Source: Takakia lepidozioides
Taxonomy: Eukaryota; Plantae; Bryophyta
Assembly: GCA_030704615.1 (NCBI GenBank)
Contig: CM060733.1
Span: 9,796,001 to 9,860,000, forward strand
Length of the DNA: 64,000 nt
Direction of reading: 5' to 3'
Shown: positions 50,601-61,058 of the stretch, piece by piece
How positions within the stretch are numbered: position 1 is the first letter of the stretch
Layout of the letters: each line of letters begins with the position of its first letter
Position numbers and translations under genes: made by a program
The notes under the pieces: model-generated
The model's database searches: none
Told to the model about the DNA's origin: nothing
Seen by the model: only the letters and a program-made list of their open reading frames with translations

Positions 50601-53600
50601 ATTGCCCAGGAGACAGGAAACACAGACCTGAACAGCAAGGTGACCAGTTAAATGTGAAGCCGGAAGGGCGAGAAACAGTCATGGACTTTGATGATTCTAT
50701 GCCAGTAATCCAATTGAGAATTGGAAGCACAGAACTAACTGATGTACTGATAGATGGAGGTTCTGGAGTAAATATCATGACAGACCAATTAAGAAAGAAG
50801 CTTGGTCTAAGTAACATGAAACCAGCCCCATTTACAGTAACAATGGCAGATCAAAGAAGTGTACAGCCATTGGGATTAATAAGAGGAGTTAAGATACAGA
50901 TACAGAAGATGATCTTTATGATCACAGTAACTGTGTTGAAGATGGATGAAGTCATGGAGGCTTACTCCTTATTATTGGGACGTCCGTGGCTGAAACAGGC
51001 CAGGGTATTCCATGACTGGAATTCTCAGTTACTAACCGTGCATAATGGGATACACGAGATACAAATTACCACAAAGAAATCTAGTAGATTACCTGCTACG
51101 AGAAGACCTCGAGGAGTCAGAGAGTATGACTGGAGAGGAGGACTGGATGAGGAGCAGGAAGCTACCCTGTTTTGCTGCACACCCAGAGTGGGAGCAGGTT
51201 GCAGAGATGCGGCTGGAAGGCCTAAGTTGTTTAAGGGGTATCTGCTGTGGTGTAGTGTCAACAACACCGATTGAAGAGGAAACCAGCAGTTACCCATCAC
51301 ATTTCTATGAAAAAAAGGAGAAATGGAAATCCTAGAGGAACCAGCCACTGTGAGTTTACAGGATGAAGTGGTGACTGGTTGGACAATCACAGCTGATGAG
51401 CAAGTGAGGGAAGTGAATGTGGGAACTAAAGAGGAACCGAGGATGGTGAAGGTAGGAGCTGATTTGGAGCCGAATTCTTTGAAGAAGCTAAGAGTTTGTT
51501 CATCAAATACAGAGATGTATTTGCTTGGAGCTATGAGGATTAAAAGGGATACCACCTGAAATCTGTCAGCATAAGATTGAACTGGAACCGGGGTCAGTAC
51601 CAATCAAGCAAGGTAAGGAATGAATCCCAACTACGCACAGAAGGTTGGAGAAGAGATCAAGAAGTTGGCTGAGGCTAAGTTTATATACCCAATAGAGTAT
51701 ACAACTTGGTTGTCACCCATTGTGATAGTTCCCAAGAAGAATGGTAAACTAAGAGTTTGTGTGAACTACAAGAAGCTGAATGCTTGTACGAAGAAAGATC
51801 CTTTCCCTTTGCCATTCACAGAAGCAGTATTAGACACTGTGGCAGGCCATGAGATGTACTCATTCATGGATGGCTTCAGTGGTTATAATCAAGTGCAAGT
51901 GGCAGAAGAAGACCAAGGAAAAACAGCTTTCATCACAGACTGGGGTGCTTATGCATACAAAGTCATGCCCTTTGGACTTTGTAATGCACCAGCGACCTTT
52001 CAGAGAGTGATAAGTGAATCTTTTCATGAGTATCTGGATGATTTCATGCAGGTTTCTTGGATGATTTCAGTGTGTACAGCTCTAAGAATGAGCACTTGCA
52101 TAAATTGGAGTTATGTCTGGCCAGATGCAGGATGAGAGGTCTGGGCCTGAATCCAGAGAAGTGTACTTTCTGTGTGAACTCAGGGGTGCTTCTGGGACAC
52201 ATTGTGTGTAAGAGGGGACTTCTTGTGGATCCCAGGAAAACAGAGGCCATTAAAGCCTCTCCACCACCAGTGAATGTTAAGAGTCTAAGGAGATTCCTTG
52301 GACAAACCAGCTATTACAGAAGATTTGTCAGACGGTATGCACAGATAGCAGCACCATTGAGCAAACTTCTGAAGAAAGATGCAGTGTTTGCATGGACACC
52401 TGAATGTCAACAGGCTTTTGAGGAACTTACATTGTCAGTAACAACTACACCTGTGCTGATTAGTCCTCACTGGCAGAAATATATTTCATGTTCACTGTGA
52501 TGCTTCTGGAGAAGCACTAGGAGCAGTGTTAGCCCAAAATGTACAGGAAGGATAGATTCACCTGTGTACTATGCTAGCCGATTGATGAACAATGCCGAAA
52601 GAAATTATAGCACAACGGAAAGAGAAGCATTGGCAATGATCTATGCAGTGAAGAAATTCAGGCATTACCTGTTGGCAAGAAGTTTATGTTCTATGTGGAT
52701 CACCAGGCTCTGATATACCTGGTAAACAAACCTCTGATAAGCGGAAGAATAGCAAGATGGTTAATAATCTTGCACGAGTTTGAGTTCGAGGTTGTTTACA
52801 AGCCTGGGAGACTGCATCTTGTGGCGGATCACTTGTCACGGTTATCAACAGGAGAACCAGCCACGGGAGTAGATGATCAATTACCATGCGAGTCTATTTA
52901 CAGTGGAGGTGCAGGGAAGTGCAGATGACTGGTTAGATTGGCAGTGGCCAATCAGATACTACCTTGCTCATGGTCAGTGCCCACCAAGTTATGGAAAGGA
53001 GCAGAGAAAGAGAATTGCTATCAAGGCTTACCTTACACTATGGTAGGGAGCAGAATGTATAAGCTAGGACCAGATGGAGTGCTGAAGCGATGCTTATACC
53101 ACCATGAAGTTAATAAAGTTTTGGAGGAAGTTCATAAAGGAGTGGCAGGAGGTCATTTTGGAGAAGAGACTACCAGCAGGAAAATACTACATGCAGGTTA
53201 CTGGTGGCCTACTTTGTTCAAAGATGTACACAAGTATTGTCAGAGTTGTGATGAATGTCAGAGGCTAGGACCTTTGCAGAGATCTGGGAAAATGTCTTTG
53301 CATCCTACAATGCCTACCATTACAACATGGGTACAGGCAGAGGCTACCAACAAAATACTATGTACTATCTTGGCTAAGATAGTCAATGCAAACAGAACGG
53401 ATTGGGATACAAAGCTGCTGACAGCTTTGTGGTCATACAAGACTTCATATAAAGTCACCACTAAGTATACACCATTCCAATTAGTTTATGGTATGGAAGC
53501 CTTACTTCCAGTGGAATTCCTGTTACCTACCATGAGAACGGAATGGGGAAAGAGAATGGAATTGCAAGATTCCATTAAGGTCAGGAAACATGAATTATAC

Positions 53601-53880
53601 CATGTGGAAGAAGTACGTGCTGATGCAGCTGATAATATGACCAGAATTCAGATGAAGAGAAGGAACAGTTTGATGAAGGCAAGTTAAAGACTTTTAAGAC
53701 GGGAGATTTGGTTCTATGGTTGCAGAAGAAAGAAAGATTAAAGCTTCTAAGCTTAAATCACCATGGAAAGGACCTTATGTCATACAAAAGATGTATGATA
53801 ACAACACCGCCATGTTACAAACCATTAACAAAGAGATGCTGGGAAGAGTCAATGCTAATAAGTTGAAGGGGTACAGTGGT
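47632..53880 (+). pseudogene. 5' extension + gag-pol, many frameshifts, integrase core deleted
   Basis: YSGKGDPDVH; three CCHC knuckles; VLIDGGSGVN; FMDGFSGYNQ, MPFGLCNAPATFQR, DDF; HCDAS, EREALA; GHFG...CDEC; SPWKGPY. Confidence 0.92.
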
Positions 53881-54015
53881 ATCCATGACAAACCATTGCA
53901 GCATGATTTGCATGTTGAAACGCAAAAGCAGTCACGGGCTGCACCAGTGTACCAACGGAGTATGGAGCACTTGTCGCTAGGCCGAGCATATATGACCAGG
54001 GCGGCAGAACAAGCG

Positions 54016-54198
54016 CGACACAGCCTATCACAGCCCATCACGGTACGACACAGCATATCACAGCCCAGCACGAGCAATACAGCCTATCACAACCTACCAC
54101 AACGTGTCACAGCCTATCACAGCTTACCACAGTGCAACACAGCCTATCACGGCGTACCACAGTATAACACAGCCTGTCACAGCTCAACACAGCCTACT
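54016..54198. repeat. 10-bp-period CACAGCnnnn array between pol and the extra ORF
   Basis: CACAGCCTAT CACAGCCCAT CACGGTACGA CACAGCATAT ... about 18 units. Confidence 0.85.
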
Positions 54199-54904
54199 AG
54201 GGTTACACAATCCATAGAATCAGTGACAGGTGGACGCAGGATAACTTCAGTGAAATGGCCGGCGGAAGAAAGGACGGAAGCCAGTTTAGAAAGGGACACG
54301 TGGAAGTCAGGGCGCAACACACAGCTGAGAAGGAAGTGCAAGAACGGATGTCATCAAGAAAGAGGACAAGAATGGCCGTCAAAATACCTAATTAGCACGT
54401 CAATTCGGATGAATGGCGGGCCCATTAATGAATACAGAAAAGGGCAACAGAACAAACGGCAAGTACAGAAAAGCGAAATTCTTGTCACATGTGTTATCCT
54501 AGTGGACAGTCCAGCAGGGAAAGTCCACTAAAGAAAATTAAATCTAAAATCCAGTCACAGCGGTTACAGCCAATCGAAAGCCAGAGAAGGGATCAAGAAA
54601 TTGGAGGGAAATTAAGCGCAAGAGTCGGCGTCGTTCTAAGTAACGGGCGTCTCGACGGGACAAACCATCAATGCTATAGCTTTGAAGCTATGGAGGAACT
54701 AACAGACTATACGCTCGCAATATTACTTACGCAGTGGCATAGGGACGAAAGAACAGAGCGGATCTTTTCTCTTGATCGATGCTTGCAAGCCCCGCAGGCT
54801 TACAAGAAATTACCCATAGCTTTTTGTGGCAACCATACGTTTATGCTTTGTGCCTGCAGGCATTTCTTCAATTGTTACAGCCAAAACATTTCTGTGGGTC
54901 TAGA

Positions 54905-57900
54905 ATGAAGAGAGTGAGAGGAATGGAAGAAATCAGGGTGAAGAGCACCACAATCCTGCAGAAACAAACGATTGCTACTCCACAGGCGGTACAGTTACTG
55001 AAGGAGCTGCGATTGCAAGGATTGCAAAGCAAAGATTGGACATTGCACCATAGACAGTACATGTTACAATTCTTGCAGAACTTTGAGCCAAGGACAGGAG
55101 CAACAACGGTGAAGGGAGTTGAATTAGTAATTACTCCCCTATACCTACAGCAATTGTTTCGATTGCCAGCAGGTCAGGTGCATGTGGAGGAGCACATGGC
55201 AAGACTGCAAATAAGGGACTTATTCCAAGAAGGGAGTTTCTTTAAAACTCAGGGTTATGCTTGTACCAAGGCCGTGTACCCAGGGCTAAGGGAGGTAGGC
55301 CAGGTATTGAACGTTCTGTTTGCCATGAAACAGAACCAACAGTATTTGAGCAGATCCTTCACAGAAGAAATACTCAAAGCCCTGAGAGGAGAAGAGGTAG
55401 AATGGGCGGACATAATGTACAACGCATTGGTAGACGAGATGAAAAGATTACAGGGTACTGCCCCAAAGTCTCCTATCATAGTGTCTGGCCCAATCATTGC
55501 TCAAATAATTCTTGATTCTGGCATACTTGATGCGCGAGAAAGAAAGGAGATGAGAGTGTTTGAGCCAGAAACCACTGCAATGGAAGAGCAAGGTTCTTCA
55601 CACAGTGAGGGTGGCCTGGCAGGGCAACCCGAGAATAAGAGACAGAGGCGGGGAAAGACTGTAGTGGCGGATCCACTGGCTTCACGGAATCCGCATGATA
55701 ATGTTTCCCAAGTTTTTGTGCAGGAAGGGGCACAGCAGCACAGAGAACTGCTATTACTGGAAGCAGGACCTTCAGAGAGGGAAGAGGAAGTTATTTCAGT
55801 ATCACAGCCATCACAGCCAGAGGATCGGCTTGTCACAAGGTTACCACAAGTTGTCTATGCAGTTCAACCAGAAATAATTGATTTAGAAAAAGAAGGGTTA
55901 GATATTCCCACTACAGAACAGGTGGTGGCAGAAATTGAGAAGGGGGACCTTCTCTATGAATATTCTGGTATGGTCAAGGACACAGTGATTCCGGAGGTGC
56001 AACAATTGTCCAGGGGAAACCCTGCAGTGCATATAATACACACACCTGTGACGGAGGTACCACAGGTAGAATGTCAAGACACTGCAGCACCGGTGACGAA
56101 TGAAGTGGTTCAGGAAGAAAATCTAGTGGGGCAATGGCCTGAATGGTTTGTAAGGCATCACACTGTTGAGGATCAGGGAGAACAGCAGCAAGCTCAGCAA
56201 GATGACCCTCAACAGGCTATGCTTATGAGTTCCATAAGCAGGACACTGAATTTGTTGGGTACTTATGTCAAATCCCATGTTCCCACTACTCAATTGGCAG
56301 CTTTGAGGGAGGAACTCAGGAAAGAGTTTGAGGCTCGACTTGCCACAGAGTGTGCAAACAAGGTCGATGAAGATGTCACTCTCAAAATGCAGCAAGACTT
56401 GGAGAGTACAGAAGCGGCTTTGCAATTGGCCAAGGAACAATTGATTGAGGCAGGCCTCGCACAAAACCACTTGCACGAAGCACATAAGCAACAACTATAC
56501 CAAATGCAGGTGAAGCATGAAAGCAAGTTGCAAGAAGTGAATGCACTACATATGGAGTTGCAAACAGTGCATGACAAGATGGCCATACAATGTGCTACAC
56601 TCACAACTATGCTTGACCAATCTACAAAAGAAATAAACAGTCAAGCGGAAAAATGTACGAAGGCAGAGGAAGAGAATGTTGAGCAAATGAAACTCATTGT
56701 CGATATGAAGAATACAATCTGTCGCAATGAGGATACTTTCAAGCAATACAGGGAGGTTGAAGCTGACCAAGAGAGGCACATCCTGGAGTTGCAACAAACG
56801 GTCATGGCCAATAGAAATGAAATCTCGGTCACTAACAAGGCTTGGAAGGAAGCCAATAATCTGCTTGCTGCCTATGCGAATTTGGTTAAACCTCATGCGA
56901 AGCGCATGGAGGCTTTACAACAGCAGTTAGATGTGTACAAACTCAGAGAGGAGCACACTCTCAGAGGAACCACAAGCAACTTGGTGGATAACCACCTTAT
57001 GCAGGTCTGGTTAGTACAAGGGCCAGTGGAGGGCAAAGCACCACGAAAGCTCACCCAAAGCGAGATGAATGAGCTCAGGCTGCAAGTGCAGAACATTGCC
57101 ACAACTACTATAGACAATGTCTATAGTAGGATAGCAGAGTTACAGGAGGATGTAGATGGCCTGCAGACTCAAGTGGAGGACCTCACTTCAAATATCGACA
57201 AAAGAGTCTATATACCTGAGGAACAGCTAATGGCTTCTTATTTACAAGCCAGAACTTTGGCTTTTCAGTCTTCTTCACAGGAGGTGCAGGAGATGCCAAT
57301 GGTACAAGAGCCAGTACCACCAACACCACAACAAGTCACTGTACCTGATCCTGTTGTTACTACAACCACACCACAGCCACCACAGCCTGAGGTATGGGGC
57401 AATGCTGCTTTTAACCCACCTAAAACTCCAGCTGCAAAGGAGTACAGTAGGGCTATGATTATGCCCTTCAACCAAATTCCCATTATATTAGATTTGGCTT
57501 GGAAAGAAATTAGTCCTCCGCAGTCATTGGCACATTACTATCAAATCATGCACATTTGGATGCCAGTGGCAACTAGGACTCAAGTTCTTCCGAACAATCG
57601 ACCAATTGAGGATCATCACTTTGCACAGTACTGGCATGAGGCAGGTACCATGTTGAAGGAATTAATTGCCTTCCAAGTTGTACATGGATTCATTTATACC
57701 AAGACCAAGGAGGTAGCAAGTATTGTCATGGGATGCGGGTTATACTACGCTTGTTTTCTGGTACGTTATCACATTGAGCAGCACAAGATGCAATCGCGCT
57801 TTCTGAGTTATTCCAGTGGGGATCATTGGGTCTTACCTTCAGTGCCACCTCATATGTACCTATATGAGGCAAAAGTTATGATACAAAAGGATTCTCAAAT

Positions 57901-58048
57901 TCGTTCATGGTTTCATGCGGCCTGGAACAATTTGTCAACCGCAGGACGTCACCAATGGCGACGTGCTTTTTGGGCGGGGGTCGCAAGCCGCGACGGCTGG
58001 GCGTCGCAAAACCCATTTGCGGGCGGCAACGCCCAACAACCCCTGTGA
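54905..58048 (+). CDS. Retrotransposon extra ORF (~1047 aa): plant-transposon-protein-like N-terminus, long coiled coil, unknown C-terminal domain
   Basis: Uninterrupted ORF; FLQNF...TVKGVELVITPLYLQQLFRLP motif; E/Q/L heptad-rich middle; last ~35 codons probably derive from the adjoining insertion. Confidence 0.75.
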   Translation: MKRVRGMEEIRVKSTTILQKQTIATPQAVQLLKELRLQGLQSKDWTLHHRQYMLQFLQNFEPRTGATTVKGVELVITPLYLQQLFRLPAGQVHVEEHMARLQIRDLFQEGSFFKTQGYACTKAVYPGLREVGQVLNVLFAMKQNQQYLSRSFTEEILKALRGEEVEWADIMYNALVDEMKRLQGTAPKSPIIVSGPIIAQIILDSGILDARERKEMRVFEPETTAMEEQGSSHSEGGLAGQPENKRQRRGKTVVADPLASRNPHDNVSQVFVQEGAQQHRELLLLEAGPSEREEEVISVSQPSQPEDRLVTRLPQVVYAVQPEIIDLEKEGLDIPTTEQVVAEIEKGDLLYEYSGMVKDTVIPEVQQLSRGNPAVHIIHTPVTEVPQVECQDTAAPVTNEVVQEENLVGQWPEWFVRHHTVEDQGEQQQAQQDDPQQAMLMSSISRTLNLLGTYVKSHVPTTQLAALREELRKEFEARLATECANKVDEDVTLKMQQDLESTEAALQLAKEQLIEAGLAQNHLHEAHKQQLYQMQVKHESKLQEVNALHMELQTVHDKMAIQCATLTTMLDQSTKEINSQAEKCTKAEEENVEQMKLIVDMKNTICRNEDTFKQYREVEADQERHILELQQTVMANRNEISVTNKAWKEANNLLAAYANLVKPHAKRMEALQQQLDVYKLREEHTLRGTTSNLVDNHLMQVWLVQGPVEGKAPRKLTQSEMNELRLQVQNIATTTIDNVYSRIAELQEDVDGLQTQVEDLTSNIDKRVYIPEEQLMASYLQARTLAFQSSSQEVQEMPMVQEPVPPTPQQVTVPDPVVTTTTPQPPQPEVWGNAAFNPPKTPAAKEYSRAMIMPFNQIPIILDLAWKEISPPQSLAHYYQIMHIWMPVATRTQVLPNNRPIEDHHFAQYWHEAGTMLKELIAFQVVHGFIYTKTKEVASIVMGCGLYYACFLVRYHIEQHKMQSRFLSYSSGDHWVLPSVPPHMYLYEAKVMIQKDSQIRSWFHAAWNNLSTAGRHQWRRAFWAGVASRDGWASQNPFAGGNAQQPL

Positions 58049-58820
58049 CGTGTTTTTTTGGACCGGGGGTTGCAAGCCACGACGCCAGAGCCCGCCACCC
58101 TGCCTGCACCACATTTAAAAAAACGACGCCAGAGCGTCGTGAAAACCCACGCCCGGGCGTGGTGGAGCCCGACTCCCGTGCAGTGCCATGTATTTTTCAA
58201 ATGATGAAGAGGCTCGTATCAATATGTCCGAACTATGGTTGGATAGGTTGATCTTGAAATTTGGATTAACACATGCTGAAAGTGATGCAAGTAGGGCTGA
58301 GTTGCTTGAGTTTGTAAAAACCTTGATGTATGAATGTGAAAACAAATCATTGTTTGAGCGTGACAATTGTGTGGAGGCACCAATGAGTGACATACTTATT
58401 GGCCATACCTCACGCGTCTTTGGCAAATGACACTTGTGATTCATATAAGTACTGCAATTTGTGAGATGGGTTTCTCAAAACAAAATGCTATCAAAAGCCA
58501 TTTGCAATCTTGCTTGAAGTTGGATACGTTGGACGCTTCGATGCCAGTGTCATGCGGGATCAAGTTGGATATTGGATTGGATGGCGATGTTCAAAGTTCA
58601 CACTTTCACTATCATTTTCTATTTTTAATTTCATATGATATGGTTGTGTAAAAGGTAAATTTTTTGTCAATATGTCATGCGAAAGGCATTTTCTTGAAGT
58701 TGTCTATCATCGCTGAAGGCAAAAAAAAAACAACATATCACAAAAACAGTAGGCATGACTGTTAAAAACACCCTATGGAATGCCCCCAGATGCCATTATG
58801 GCCGTGTGGGTGGCAACTCT
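57942..58820 (+). mobile_element. hAT transposon remnant (C-terminal dimerisation domain)
   Basis: STAICEMGFSKQNAIKSHLQSCLKLDTLD; GC-rich repetitive left end starting CAGG; no convincing TIR pair or TSD. Confidence 0.6.
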
Positions 58821-61058
58821 GCCTCGCCACCACCTTGCCCACCACAATGGCATGTGGGGCCACTCCATAGTACGTTTAGGGCAGGGCAGCAGGAATACGT
58901 TTGAATACATACTTTTCAATATATCACTTGTATGCACATATAAATATTATATACAGCAATAACTTATCACCTAACCCACATCAATTGAACGGTCCATTTC
59001 CAACTGGGAATTCCGTTGAACTCTACTCTACAAATCAAGTAGATTGCGCAGTATATTTTTCTTTTTTTACTTTATTTTTATTTCGTATAAACAGGGTACT
59101 GTGTACTGTGGCCCTGGGAGAACTTTACTGGTATTTGGGGAAAAAACTTAAAACCCCGATTACACCATAAGGCACACACACCATAGCAGCAATGAGCGTT
59201 TCCAATTGAATTGCACAGTAAAATTGAGTTCAGGGTGTTTTTGGCAATACAATTATATAGCGAGGACAATTCAATTGATTTGTACGTTTTGGTATGTGAC
59301 TGACTGAATTGCAACCTTGCTTTTCTGGTATTCTCCCGCGCCTTTGCTGCCCAGGCCAAAGAGCTCAAACCAGGAAATTCCAATGAAGGGATCGCAATTG
59401 TTATGGTTCAAATCTACTGCTTATCGGGCTTGGACCCTGGAGATGTGTGAGGTCATGTAGGTAGAGGCTTAGACGAATCATGGAGTCCTACAACACGATT
59501 TCTTACAGTTGCTGTTTTGAAATCTGAAAAAGCTGTGGGTTCAATCCACACACTTTCAGTTCCTTTAAAGTCTCATATGATCACCTTACCCTTTACGTTT
59601 TGTGAATCTTCCCCTCCAAAACACATAAAGAATAAACTGCTTTCTAATGAGAGACATACAAACTGCCAGAAACAGTGCACTTGGAAAAGTCATAGCAACA
59701 GACGACAACAGGCATTACTGTTGACTAGAAAGATCATGGAAACTACATCCTTCCACTGAATCCAAACTGTGGTGGCAAGACCAATAAAAGCCCCACTTTA
59801 AAGTGAATACATGGAGCACTTGGTTACATTTGTGGTGGTGGGTCCATTGTATGCAGGCAGGTTTACCAGGAGCTTGAAGTTGCCATCCCTTGAAGCAATG
59901 TTTGGTTCTCCACCTCAGTCCACTTTGTGTAGTCATGTGGGCACCTGCGATGATCTCCGAAAGGGCCTGGTGCCCTTTTCTTTAAGCGCATCTTGTCAGT
60001 TCCTAAAACTGTGCATCCACCTTGATCTCATTTGTTAGGACTTTGCAAAAGCAATGATACACACAGTTGTATGTCCTTGTAAAGAAACATTGGTACACGC
60101 TCAGGTGGTAGAGGGCATGTCACAATCATCTTCCCCCTCATCCCTCCCCTGGATATGGTCTAGAATATGGAAAACATGCTCATGTTGTAAATATGTGCCG
60201 TATTATGTCGACTCAAGAGGAAAACTGATAGCATATCATGCTGACAATTGCCTCCTCTCATTTCTCTTCTTTCCTTCCACTAGGCATTAATAACACAATC
60301 CCGACAAATCCACCACGTCTACAAAATCTTGCTTGCTGTGAAAAGCTCCAATCCACTTTGTATGATCAGGGGTGCTGTATATGCAGCCAAAGCACTTGTT
60401 GAGTCAAAACATGTCAATATGCAAGCATACGTACCTTACATTAGGTCAATACAAAAAGGGAGGATAGACAATTTTGGAAGTAATCTACTTGGTGGTTTTG
60501 CAAACAGTATCCCATGTCTCGCACTTCAAATCAATCTTCCTACGTTCTGTGAACCCTCACCCCAAGTAACAAAGGCATCTCTGCAAGATGTTCTCACCTC
60601 AGCACTCTGAATGCGCATCCCTCGGACCCTCAAACCCCTAATAGAAAACCAACAATCCCATCTCCCTTCTACCGACACAACCCAATTCCCAAAACTTATC
60701 CCTGATATACTCTGTGGCAGAAGCTTTCTGTGTTCGAGAAAAATACACATCCGCCCGCCAAGAGAAAGGCCTCAAACTTGCTTGTAGATACTTCAAATTT
60801 TAAAGGATTTAAATGGCCGTTTGCAGACCTCCGAAGATCAAGCCAAGCAGCGACATCCCGGGGACTCTATGCCGTGTTGCCTTTCGACACCATCTGTCCT
60901 CGCGTGCCCCTCGACTCTCATAAGAACCTTCCCACAGTAAGAGCAACGTGTCGGAATCAGAGGCTCAATGGGACAATGCAATTAGACAAGGCCGCGTGGC
61001 AAAACACAAGGAGGCCCCCCTGGGCTATTTTGCAGGCAAAGCGACAGGGAGGAAGATC

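Larger units (their letters stand above)
46914..57941 (+). mobile_element. Non-chromoviral Ty3/gypsy element with 5' LTR candidate, gag-pol and 3' extra ORF; 3' LTR missing
   Basis: TGTCACG...CGCGACA candidate LTR (46914-47589; its left edge is uncertain and may extend to ~46660), then PBS, gag, PR, RT, RNaseH, IN. Confidence 0.88.

Noticed and set aside
46781-54198. CRISPR-like reading of the periodic arrays
   Set aside because: Units are ~10 bp with no spacer-length unique sequence; eukaryotic context and no cas genes.
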